Virus record (IMG/VR): IMGVR_UViG_3300044723_007907
Location: 1 to 64,000 of that record
Length of the DNA: 64,000 bases
DNA from: a virus
Lineage: Duplodnaviria; Caudoviricetes
Reading direction: 5' to 3' (one strand)
Below are positions 1-8,586 of the stretch, piece by piece. The translations under genes were made by a program, and so were the position numbers. The first letter of the stretch is position 1, and every line of letters begins with the position of its first letter. The notes under the pieces are model-generated. The model was given only the letters and a program-made list of their open reading frames with translations, was not told the DNA's origin and searched no databases.

Positions 1-1308
1 AACTGGTTGAAGCCTGGAGTAATTGAGTATGGTAAGACGAGCATGACGTTAACTAATGGTAGTAGTATCGGAATCAGTACCACCAGTAGTGATGCAGGTC
101 GAGGAGATAGTTGTAATTGCTTGGTGCTGGATGAGTTGGCGTTTATCGACAATCATCTGGTCGAGAGTTTCTGGAAGTCTGTGTATCCTATCATTTCCTC
201 TAGTAAAAAGAGTAAGATCTTCATCGCTAGTACACCTAATGGAACTGGTAATTTGTTTCATGAATTGTATAGTAACGCGATACGTGGCAAGAACAACTGG
301 TGTGCAAGTAGAATCGATTGGTGGGAAATACCTGGGCGTGATGAAAAATGGAAACAGGACACCATACAATCTTTAGGTAGCACAGAAATATTCGATCAAG
401 AGTTTGGATGTCAGTTCATAGAGACTGGTGAGAGTGTGTTGGATGAAGAACTGGTGAGAAAATGTTCATTAACATTACAAGATCCGGAACATATATTTGA
501 TGACGGTAAATACAAGGTGTGGTCGTTACCAGATGAGACAAGATCTTATGCAATCGGGGTGGATATATCAGAAGGAGTAGGTGAAGCAGCAAGTGTAGTA
601 CAAGTCATCGATATAACAGATTTGACTGAAATAGAGCAGGTAGCTGTTTATCATGATAATTCCATAAGCCCGTATAACTTCACTACAAAATTATTAGAGA
701 TCCTACAACAATGGGGTTCCCCACCGGCGCTGATCGAGCGTAATAACTGCGGTGCACAAGTTGTTGATACATTGAAGAATGTATATGGATATGAGAATAT
801 TGTGAATTACACACCAAGTAAAACACAACCAATCGAAAGACCGGGAGTGATTGCTCATACAAACACCAAATATAAGGGTGTGATCAACATGAAGTATTGG
901 TTGAGTGAGGTGTATTCGGTGGTACTTCGGGATGCTCACACGCTCGATGAGTTGAAGACCTTCGTTAGATATCCAAATGGTACATGGAAGGCTGTTAAGG
1001 GATCAAACATACATGATGACAGGGTGATGAGTTTGATATGGGCGCTAATGATACTCGAAACAAGTATAACTGAACAGTTTTTCGAGATCTTACAGGTCGA
1101 TAAAAATAACAAACCGGCTGAACTTGGAATGTTAGACTTTGGTACGAGACAGTTCAGTAACACACTATCACTGTACGGTAATGAACGTGATAATGATAGG
1201 TACTCTGCGCTACCGTTATATATAGATAGTGAGACAATTGACGGAGTTGATCAAAACCACCCACAAGAGATATTAGACTTGCAAGAACAAGGATGGACAT
1301 TTTCATGA
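1..1308 (+). CDS. gp17: Terminase large subunit (T4 gp17-like), 5'-truncated
   Basis: Frame is open from base 1 (NWLKPGVIEYGK). Walker B LVLDELAFI, coupling motif IASTPNG, FDQEFGCQF, nuclease motifs IGVDISEGVG and HDDRVMSL. Confidence 0.95.
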   Translation, partial: NWLKPGVIEYGKTSMTLTNGSSIGISTTSSDAGRGDSCNCLVLDELAFIDNHLVESFWKSVYPIISSSKKSKIFIASTPNGTGNLFHELYSNAIRGKNNWCASRIDWWEIPGRDEKWKQDTIQSLGSTEIFDQEFGCQFIETGESVLDEELVRKCSLTLQDPEHIFDDGKYKVWSLPDETRSYAIGVDISEGVGEAASVVQVIDITDLTEIEQVAVYHDNSISPYNFTTKLLEILQQWGSPPALIERNNCGAQVVDTLKNVYGYENIVNYTPSKTQPIERPGVIAHTNTKYKGVINMKYWLSEVYSVVLRDAHTLDELKTFVRYPNGTWKAVKGSNIHDDRVMSLIWALMILETSITEQFFEILQVDKNNKPAELGMLDFGTRQFSNTLSLYGNERDNDRYSALPLYIDSETIDGVDQNHPQEILDLQEQGWTFS

Positions 1309-1886
1309 AAGATTTGATACAACAATCAGTGCTCAACAAGAGCAAAAAAGATAAATTTGCGTTCGTACTAACTCTGCCGGAAGCGATGAAGAACATATCG
1401 TACTCTCAACAGGAGAATAGAGATGATGATCATATACTACCTGATACATTGCAGTTCAGTGTGTATGGTGCACTCTTGCCATCAATTAGAGTTGATAGTG
1501 GTAATATTCGATACGCCGGCCAGACAGTCAAGTTCAGTGCACACAGCCGTCCGGAATATGATAATGTACGGGTCAGCTTCACGGTTGATAATAGATTCAA
1601 CAACTATTGGGTGATTTGGAAGTGGCTGGACATCATGAACGATGATCGAGACGCCATATTTATGGCCTCAAAACAGCTAACAACTGAAGATTCAATGTTC
1701 AAGCAGTATCAAGGAACAGCCACTACATACGCTCTCGACGAATACAACCAACCAGTTGCGAGATTTGATTATCAAGGGGTTGTCCCTGTGAGTTTAGGTG
1801 AGATAGATTACAGTTATAGATCGACAGATGAGATTGACACAACGTTTGAATTCTCTTTTTCAAAGCTCACACCAACTTTGTTATGA
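1293..1886 (+). CDS. Tail completion/terminator protein (T4 gp3-like, tube fold)
   Basis: LQFSVYGALLPSI and YDNVRVSFTVDNRFNNYWVIWKW resemble gp3-family motifs. Lies between terminase and sheath. Confidence 0.65.
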   Translation: MDIFMKDLIQQSVLNKSKKDKFAFVLTLPEAMKNISYSQQENRDDDHILPDTLQFSVYGALLPSIRVDSGNIRYAGQTVKFSAHSRPEYDNVRVSFTVDNRFNNYWVIWKWLDIMNDDRDAIFMASKQLTTEDSMFKQYQGTATTYALDEYNQPVARFDYQGVVPVSLGEIDYSYRSTDEIDTTFEFSFSKLTPTLL

Positions 1887-1915
1887 AAAAATTATAAAAG
1901 CTGTCCGGAGATCAA

Positions 1916-1921
1916 TAAATA
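1916..1921 (+). promoter_or_regulatory. T4-like late promoter TAAATA upstream of sheath
   Basis: caaTAAATAatttcagaaggtaacaattATG. The same motif recurs before most structural genes. Confidence 0.75.
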
Positions 1922-1940
1922 ATTTCAGAAGGTAACAATT

Positions 1941-4900
1941 ATGGCAAGAACAATTCAATCACCAGGAGTAGAGGTCAAGGAAGTAGATCTTTCTTTGCGC
2001 CCACAATTACCCATCGGAACCACTGTATTTATACCGGGTTTCGCTAACCAAGGACCAACAGACGAGCTTTTGACACTGAGCAGTTTGAGCGAGTTCGAGC
2101 AAATCTACGGATTGCCACAGAACGCCGCAGAACGCTACATGTACCACACCGTCAAGGCGGTGTTCCAAAGCCCAGCCAATGTTTTAGTGTCACGCTTACC
2201 ATACGGTCTTGGAGCAGGTGCTACAGTTGCTGACAAGTATAGTGTACAGGTGTTTCCGGTAATACCTCGTCCGATAATGGTCGATACAGCTGATGCTGAT
2301 GGTGAACTTAACACCGTTGCATCAGACACACGCCAAGTAGCTTGGTTTCCAACAGATAGTTTGATTGTTGATGAAGGCGGAGATTATACAATTGCCATCG
2401 CCGCGAGTTTCACAGGTACAATTGATACAGTACCATACACATTAACAGCTGACGTTTCTGGAGAAATCGGAAATGTGACACTGGTTGGTAACAGTCTTTC
2501 ATCAGTTGGAGAATTGATCACTGACACTGGTGTTAGTATCACAGTGGAGGAAGGTGATACTTCATATGTATTACCAACAGGTACTGATATACCACTAACC
2601 GGTGGACAAGACGCAGGTTTGAGCAAAAAGGTTGTACCTCTTGGTGAGTGGAAGTTTGGAACTACCGCTCCCACTGGAGACTACACTGTAACAACACTCA
2701 AAGACGCAGTTGATAGTGTTCTAGCTGGTCTCAATAGTGAAGAACTATTTGGTGTACCACTCAGTAGCTACTCGCAAGATGATGCATTTTGGACCGAACA
2801 AGAATCAGGTAATCCCTTGAGTGTACCAGCGCTCAAAGCGTATGAAATTCCTGAAGTTGCTGATCTGGTCGCAGCAGCAGTTAATGCTGTTGGTTGGGAT
2901 CTAGGAGCGAGTGACAGGTATTATCTTGGTGAACCTAGTAATATCGAGTTGAGTAACGATGAGTTTCAAAAGACAATCAAGGGTGAAATCAAGATGAAGG
3001 AGACTGAAGCTGGTAAGCTTGAGAATCAAAAATTTACTACATACAATGACCTGCTAACCAAGGGTGGAGCTGGTTTAATGATTGTTAATGATAAAAAGTT
3101 TGTAATCAATGAAAAGTTTGAAGGATATTACATCGGTGTGAGTGACAATACCAATCTGAATCCAGCTAGTGATTTTGACAGTGTAGGAAAACTCAAATCG
3201 TTGAGTAAAAAGCTCGGTGGAACCACAGGTGGTTATGTTGATGTACCAGACGAAAGTGATGGAACACGCAGTCGCTTGACTTTCTCGCTGAGTGCCGGAT
3301 TTGTGTTTGACCAGTACGGAAACAAACAACAAGTAGGTTTAGATGGAAGCATGAGTGAAGTGCTTGAGAATTTAAGTGAGTTTGACTTGAACACTGAAGA
3401 GTTTAGTGATGTCTTGACACTTGCAGTGTTTAAAGTACGTCAATCAACACTCGAGCCGGATGCAACCAAACTTGATTATATGGTTGCAGATAGTGTTATC
3501 GGTAGTGTGAATTACTTTAGAGAGCGCTTCTTATCGTCGGGCGGTACAGCGGTATCATACTTCATCGAGAGTGAAGCTGAGAACAGCAATAACTTGTATC
3601 TCAAGATGAATGAAGGAATCGCCAAAACAGCCGGTAACTGGTTAGATGAGAATGGTTACCCAACAAGAAAAATCAGAGTTTTACCTGCCAAGGACGCGCG
3701 TTACTATGATGAATTGTCTGCAGATGAGCAGAACAAACGTCAAGGAGACTCGGTTGAAGAAAAGCGTGAAGTTAATGACTTCAAAGTTTCACAAAGTTTC
3801 TTGAACGGGCGTGAAGAAAAAGAAGACAGATTGTACATCAAATCATGGCAAGGATTACAGAGAGCCGGTGATGCAGCTATCAAACATGGTAACAATGTTT
3901 ACCCACACGGTGTTTATCGTAAGCAAATGGCTGAAGCCAAAGAAACCGGTAACATACCAGCAAAACTTGACCGTATATTCGAACTTGCAGACAACTTTGA
4001 TCTGTTCCCGATTGACATAACTGTTGAGGGTGGATTAGGTACTGTGTATGTTGGATCTGACGGTGGTACATCTGGTAACTTTGATGATGAAGAGTTTTTC
4101 CCGATTGGTGAGCATACTGTGAGTAGCACTGGATTGAGTGGTAATGGATTGTATCAAACGAAAGTTATTGACAATCGTAACGAGATCAAGTACTTGACAG
4201 ATTACGACACGATTTTTGACACATTCAAGAGTTTCAGTCAATTTGCACGTAAAGACAACATCTTCATTGCTGATCCACTACGTTACATATTTGTACAAGG
4301 CCGGAACAGCAAAACACTTACAAGTAAGCAACGTGAAGCAGGTGTAAACTTCTCACAACACATCTATTGGCCATTGCGTCATATGATGACCGGAGGAACA
4401 AAAAACAGCAGTTATTGTACAACATACGCTAACTGGGGATTCACTAACGACAAAGCGTTGAACAGACCTGTTTGGGTACCGATGAGTGGATTCGCAGCAG
4501 CTGCCATGGCAAATACTGACAGTAACTTCTATCCATGGATAGCACCAGCCGGTTTCACGAGAGGATTGGTGAGTGGTGTGCAGGATTTAGCATTTTATCC
4601 TAAGCAGAAGGAACGAGACCAATTATACAAGATTGGATTGAATCCAATCGCTAACTTCCCGAACGAAGGTTTTGCGATCTTTGGTCAAAAGACCATGCAA
4701 GCTAAACCGAGTGCGTTTGACAGAATTAACGTGAGGAGATTGTTCTTGTATCTACAAAAAGCTGTGATGAACACAATCAAGTACTTTGTATTTGAACCAA
4801 ATACACTGTTCACGAGAACACAGGTGATAAATGTTTTACGACCAATATTTGAAGAGGTGAAAAACACGCAAGGAATGTACGACTACTTGTTAGTCTGTGA

Positions 4901-5045
4901 CGAGCGTAACAATTCACCTGATGTGATCGACCGGAATGAGTTGGTTGTTGATATTTACATCAAACCTACTCGTGCTGCAGAGTTTATCTTGGTAAACTTC
5001 TACGCAACAAGAACTGGTCAGGACTTCAGTGAATTAGTGTCGTAA
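1941..5045 (+). CDS. gp18: Tail sheath protein (gp18-like), 1034 aa
   Basis: N-terminus MARTIQSPGVEVKEVDLS. C-terminal sheath domain PWIAPAGFTRG, LYKIGLNPI, FGQKT, SAFDRINVRRL, FEPNT, IYIKPTRAAEFILVNF. Confidence 0.97.
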   Translation: MARTIQSPGVEVKEVDLSLRPQLPIGTTVFIPGFANQGPTDELLTLSSLSEFEQIYGLPQNAAERYMYHTVKAVFQSPANVLVSRLPYGLGAGATVADKYSVQVFPVIPRPIMVDTADADGELNTVASDTRQVAWFPTDSLIVDEGGDYTIAIAASFTGTIDTVPYTLTADVSGEIGNVTLVGNSLSSVGELITDTGVSITVEEGDTSYVLPTGTDIPLTGGQDAGLSKKVVPLGEWKFGTTAPTGDYTVTTLKDAVDSVLAGLNSEELFGVPLSSYSQDDAFWTEQESGNPLSVPALKAYEIPEVADLVAAAVNAVGWDLGASDRYYLGEPSNIELSNDEFQKTIKGEIKMKETEAGKLENQKFTTYNDLLTKGGAGLMIVNDKKFVINEKFEGYYIGVSDNTNLNPASDFDSVGKLKSLSKKLGGTTGGYVDVPDESDGTRSRLTFSLSAGFVFDQYGNKQQVGLDGSMSEVLENLSEFDLNTEEFSDVLTLAVFKVRQSTLEPDATKLDYMVADSVIGSVNYFRERFLSSGGTAVSYFIESEAENSNNLYLKMNEGIAKTAGNWLDENGYPTRKIRVLPAKDARYYDELSADEQNKRQGDSVEEKREVNDFKVSQSFLNGREEKEDRLYIKSWQGLQRAGDAAIKHGNNVYPHGVYRKQMAEAKETGNIPAKLDRIFELADNFDLFPIDITVEGGLGTVYVGSDGGTSGNFDDEEFFPIGEHTVSSTGLSGNGLYQTKVIDNRNEIKYLTDYDTIFDTFKSFSQFARKDNIFIADPLRYIFVQGRNSKTLTSKQREAGVNFSQHIYWPLRHMMTGGTKNSSYCTTYANWGFTNDKALNRPVWVPMSGFAAAAMANTDSNFYPWIAPAGFTRGLVSGVQDLAFYPKQKERDQLYKIGLNPIANFPNEGFAIFGQKTMQAKPSAFDRINVRRLFLYLQKAVMNTIKYFVFEPNTLFTRTQVINVLRPIFEEVKNTQGMYDYLLVCDERNNSPDVIDRNELVVDIYIKPTRAAEFILVNFYATRTGQDFSELVS

Positions 5046-5048
5046 GAC

Positions 5049-5063
5049 TAAATAATTAGGAGG
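5049..5063 (+). promoter_or_regulatory. Late promoter TAAATA plus Shine-Dalgarno AGGAGG for tail tube gene
   Basis: cTAAATAattAGGAGGaacaatttATG. Confidence 0.8.
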
Positions 5064-5071
5064 AACAATTT

Positions 5072-5620
5072 ATGCCAGACGTAAGACAAACAATATCAGA
5101 TTTCTATAGAGTAGCACAAGAGCGTGATTTCAGTCGTGATTTCCAATTTCGTGTTCTCAACATTCAAAACGGTGACGGTAGTGTGACCATAACAGAGGAC
5201 GATCTAGTCTACGCAAAGGGTGGTAGTATACCTGGTAGGACAATCAGTGTATCTGACATACCTTTCATGGGACTCAATTTCAAAGTTCCTGGTGGTGCGT
5301 CTTATACAGGTGAGTATTCATTGACATTTTATAGTGACCGAGTTGATAGTTTAAGAACATTGCTTTTAAACTGGACACGTGACACCTTTGATGACGCTAC
5401 TAGTACAGGTAACTACTTCATTGCTCGTGAGACATCGATTGTTGATCTGGTGCAACTTGACACACAGTTGAATCGTGTGAGTCAATACACACTTGTGGGA
5501 GCTTTTCCAACAAGCGTTGGTGATGTATCTTATGATCCAGCTGGTAGTGGTGCTCCTGTTGAGTTTGAAGTGACGTTAGGTTATCAATACGTCAGGAATC
5601 AAAGCTTCCAATCTTTATAA
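5072..5620 (+). CDS. gp19: Tail tube protein (gp19-like)
   Basis: Follows sheath, 182 aa, strong SD. Motifs IPFMGLNFKVPG, LVGAFPTSVGDVSYD, EFEVTLGYQY. Confidence 0.9.
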   Translation: MPDVRQTISDFYRVAQERDFSRDFQFRVLNIQNGDGSVTITEDDLVYAKGGSIPGRTISVSDIPFMGLNFKVPGGASYTGEYSLTFYSDRVDSLRTLLLNWTRDTFDDATSTGNYFIARETSIVDLVQLDTQLNRVSQYTLVGAFPTSVGDVSYDPAGSGAPVEFEVTLGYQYVRNQSFQSL

Positions 5621-5645
5621 TCGATATAGTATTATCATTTAACGG

Positions 5646-5670
5646 AAAGCCGCTTTCGAGCGGCTTTTCT
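5646..5670 (+). terminator. Rho-independent terminator with UUCG loop after gp19
   Basis: AAAGCCGCT-TTCG-AGCGGCTTT followed by TCT. Confidence 0.85.
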
Positions 5671-5697
5671 GTGTTTGAGTACTAAATAATATTGTAA

Positions 5698-6813
5698 ATG
5701 TTTGATGATATACGTAGAATAGGTGAGAAGGTAGATAATCTGTTAGGTACAGATATCTTCCCGTTTAACTATCCATTCAGTCACACTGAAAATTTCTTGC
5801 AACATCTTGAAAAATGGGAATTCGCGGTGCCTAACAAGTTTTTATGGTTGATAAACATTGAAGAAGCTGTAAACCCAAATCGAATGACCAGTCGAAACTT
5901 TACATCATTACATCCGATACCTAAATTTATACGCTCTTCATCAATGCATGCTCTTGAACCTGGTGACAACGGTCAACATTCAGGATCTATTGATTCACCC
6001 GGGTCACAGACTCGGGGTTGGGATATCGACCAAGGTAAGGTTGAGATAACACAAGAAACATACATGAAGACCGGGGGTGGTCAGCATGGCTGTATATTAG
6101 CACAAGGTGTGGTACTACCAGGTGAGAATTATGAGATACGAGACGTCGCTATAAATAACAACATGGGTTTCCTCCCGGGCAAAGTTGGTGGTAACAGATC
6201 TGGAATGGCACCACTAGTTATACAGTGGAGAGAAACCAACAGAAGCTTCACAGACTTGGTAATTAGACCTTGGTTGATACTATCATCACATCTAGGTTTA
6301 GTTGCTAGACATTCTGCTGACGAGAGAAACATAAAAGCCAACATCAGTATTGTGCAGCTTGCTAAAACATACCAGTACACACCACTTGTGGAGCGGAAAA
6401 TATGGAGATTTTACAATTGTGTACCTACCAGTATAAGCACAAATGAGTTAACATATCAGGATGGTAACAATTTTGATATATTCACGACCAACTGGCACTA
6501 TACACATTACACGATCGAGAGTCTCCCGGATGAGAACATGAACGATCGACTTAACAAGCAAGGATTTAAGAGATTTGTTATGGATATGGCGAACAAGCTA
6601 CTATCAAAAAATAGATCGTATCGTAAGTTGAAGGGTAAAATTGCTAAAGTTGAAGAGTTTGTCGATAAAGCAGCAAAAATTAAAAAGAAAGTGAATAAAG
6701 TGCTTGGATTCCTTGGTGGTTCTCGTGGACCTCGACCTCAACAAGGACCGACACGTGGGTTAGCCGGTAGAGCCGCGACGAACCGTTTCACATCAGATGA
6801 TATTGAAGGTTGA
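5698..6813 (+). CDS. Baseplate tail-tube initiator (gp54-like)
   Basis: Tube-fold motifs (GVVLPGE, IQWRETNRSF, WRFYNCVPTSIS, TTNWHYTHY). Late promoter at 5683-5688. Confidence 0.55.
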   Translation: MFDDIRRIGEKVDNLLGTDIFPFNYPFSHTENFLQHLEKWEFAVPNKFLWLINIEEAVNPNRMTSRNFTSLHPIPKFIRSSSMHALEPGDNGQHSGSIDSPGSQTRGWDIDQGKVEITQETYMKTGGGQHGCILAQGVVLPGENYEIRDVAINNNMGFLPGKVGGNRSGMAPLVIQWRETNRSFTDLVIRPWLILSSHLGLVARHSADERNIKANISIVQLAKTYQYTPLVERKIWRFYNCVPTSISTNELTYQDGNNFDIFTTNWHYTHYTIESLPDENMNDRLNKQGFKRFVMDMANKLLSKNRSYRKLKGKIAKVEEFVDKAAKIKKKVNKVLGFLGGSRGPRPQQGPTRGLAGRAATNRFTSDDIEG

Positions 6814-7726
6814 TATGCCATCTAATTTTACATTTCAGACATATTTACCCACACAAAAGAGATATTTAAGATTCACACAATTCTCTGGAAGTGAGCACTT
6901 GACACTAGGTAAATACATACAGAATAACGACATGGACTGTGTGTTGAAAGAATTTGAAAATTTGATCAATCGCTGTTGTTCTGAAAAGATTGATATAACA
7001 CGCCTATCAAATATCGATATATTTTGTGTGTTGTTAAATTTAAGAATCATGTGTATTTCACAAACTTTTGATTTTGAATCCACCATGACAAAAGAAAATG
7101 AAAAGGTGAAACGTACACAAAAGTTAGATCTATATGATATATTAGATAAAGTAACGAATCATCACGTTGAATACATTAGGGATGTTGATGTTGAAGGTAA
7201 ATACAAGATCAGTTTGGGTATACCGAAAGGATTTCGAGTAGATGATATAAACACATTAATTGTTGATGTTATAGACACTATAGAGTTGTTGGGTATGAAA
7301 TATGACATGAGCAATTTGACTGTTGATGAAAAAACACATATACTTGATGAATTACCCGGTGATGTGTTGACATTGATAACATCACACATAAGACAGCTTG
7401 ATGAATTGTATAAAATAAAAGTGTTCGAGAGTGTACATACCGGGAACTTGAGCAAAATACACTTAAAACTGTTTGATAACAGTTTGTTTGAATTTATCAA
7501 AGCTATGTATAGCTGTAATTTACAGGAACAGTATTATATAAGATATATAATGGTCAAGAGAATGGGGTTTACACTAAGAGACGTTGATGAGATAACACCA
7601 ATCGACACTCAGAATTATATCAATCTTTTCCGAGAAGAATTGGAAGAAGAAAGAAAGGCACAAGAAAAGCAAAACGAGCAATCCAAACCTGGTATATCGT
7701 TACCAAACCCCGGGATGTCGAGTTGA
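6797..7726 (+). CDS. Baseplate hub assembly chaperone (gp26/gp51-like)
   Basis: YLPTQKRYLRF N-terminus, DIFCVLLNLRIMCIS, and C-terminal MGFTLRDVDEITPIDTQNYINLFREE. Lies just upstream of the tape measure gene. Confidence 0.5.
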   Translation: MILKVDMPSNFTFQTYLPTQKRYLRFTQFSGSEHLTLGKYIQNNDMDCVLKEFENLINRCCSEKIDITRLSNIDIFCVLLNLRIMCISQTFDFESTMTKENEKVKRTQKLDLYDILDKVTNHHVEYIRDVDVEGKYKISLGIPKGFRVDDINTLIVDVIDTIELLGMKYDMSNLTVDEKTHILDELPGDVLTLITSHIRQLDELYKIKVFESVHTGNLSKIHLKLFDNSLFEFIKAMYSCNLQEQYYIRYIMVKRMGFTLRDVDEITPIDTQNYINLFREELEEERKAQEKQNEQSKPGISLPNPGMSS

Positions 7727-7757
7727 TTTAACATTATTTTAATCATAAATACAACAA

Positions 7758-8558
7758 ATGAGCGATGAGATAGTTAAAAAAGGGACAGATTACAAGCAAA
7801 TACTAGCTAGTATATCTGAGTTAAGTAAACAACAGATAGTAGATATATACATACCGAGTATCAATGACTCGTTGAGCTTCAAACCACTAACTGTGAAGCA
7901 ACAAAAATTGATACTATCGAGCGGAGTTGATACAGAAATTGAAAATCTCACATTCAGCAACACCATGAACAATATCATACTTGAAAACTGTCTAGGATCG
8001 CCAAGTAAAATTAAAACTACAGACAAACCGGCAATTCTGCTGCAATTGAGAAAAAAAGCAGTAGGTAATACACTAACAGTAACAACACAAGAAGCTGAAT
8101 ATAAGATTGATATTGATCAACATATAGAAAATATAAAGAAACTAGCAGACTCGGAGATTGAATCGACCTTCAAACTTACTGTCGAGGGTGTTGAAATTAA
8201 CGGGAGTGTACCAGATTTGAAGACTGATACAAAATATAATAAACAATTTACTAAAAAGATCAAAAACAACAATAAGAATAAACTGAATTTAACTGATGTT
8301 GTGGGTGACATATATATTCACGAGATGGTTAAATATGTAAAAACTATATCTATAGGCGACAACACTATAGATATTGATGATAATATAACTGTTGAACAGG
8401 TAGTCAATGTTTTTGAAAGTCTTCCGATGATTATTAGCAATAAAATTGCTGATAATATTAAAAAAATGAGAGAACTGGAGGTCGCGACCCTGAGTAATGA
8501 TGTGCTCCCGGAGGATGTGCAAATACCACTGGACGCGAGCATATTTACTAGTGATTAA
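7758..8558 (+). CDS. Baseplate hub assembly protein (gp26-like)
   Basis: IPSINDSLSFKPLTVKQQKLIL and DKPAILLQLRKKAVG resemble gp26-family motifs. Late promoter at 7746-7751. Confidence 0.6.
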   Translation: MSDEIVKKGTDYKQILASISELSKQQIVDIYIPSINDSLSFKPLTVKQQKLILSSGVDTEIENLTFSNTMNNIILENCLGSPSKIKTTDKPAILLQLRKKAVGNTLTVTTQEAEYKIDIDQHIENIKKLADSEIESTFKLTVEGVEINGSVPDLKTDTKYNKQFTKKIKNNNKNKLNLTDVVGDIYIHEMVKYVKTISIGDNTIDIDDNITVEQVVNVFESLPMIISNKIADNIKKMRELEVATLSNDVLPEDVQIPLDASIFTSD

Positions 8559-8564
8559 CACATC

Positions 8565-8586
8565 AGGTCATAAATAATTATGACCT
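8565..8586 (+). promoter_or_regulatory. Late promoter within a 9-bp perfect hairpin directly before the tape measure start codon
   Basis: AGGTCATAA-ataa-TTATGACCT then ATG at 8587. TAAATA at 8571-8576. Confidence 0.7.
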
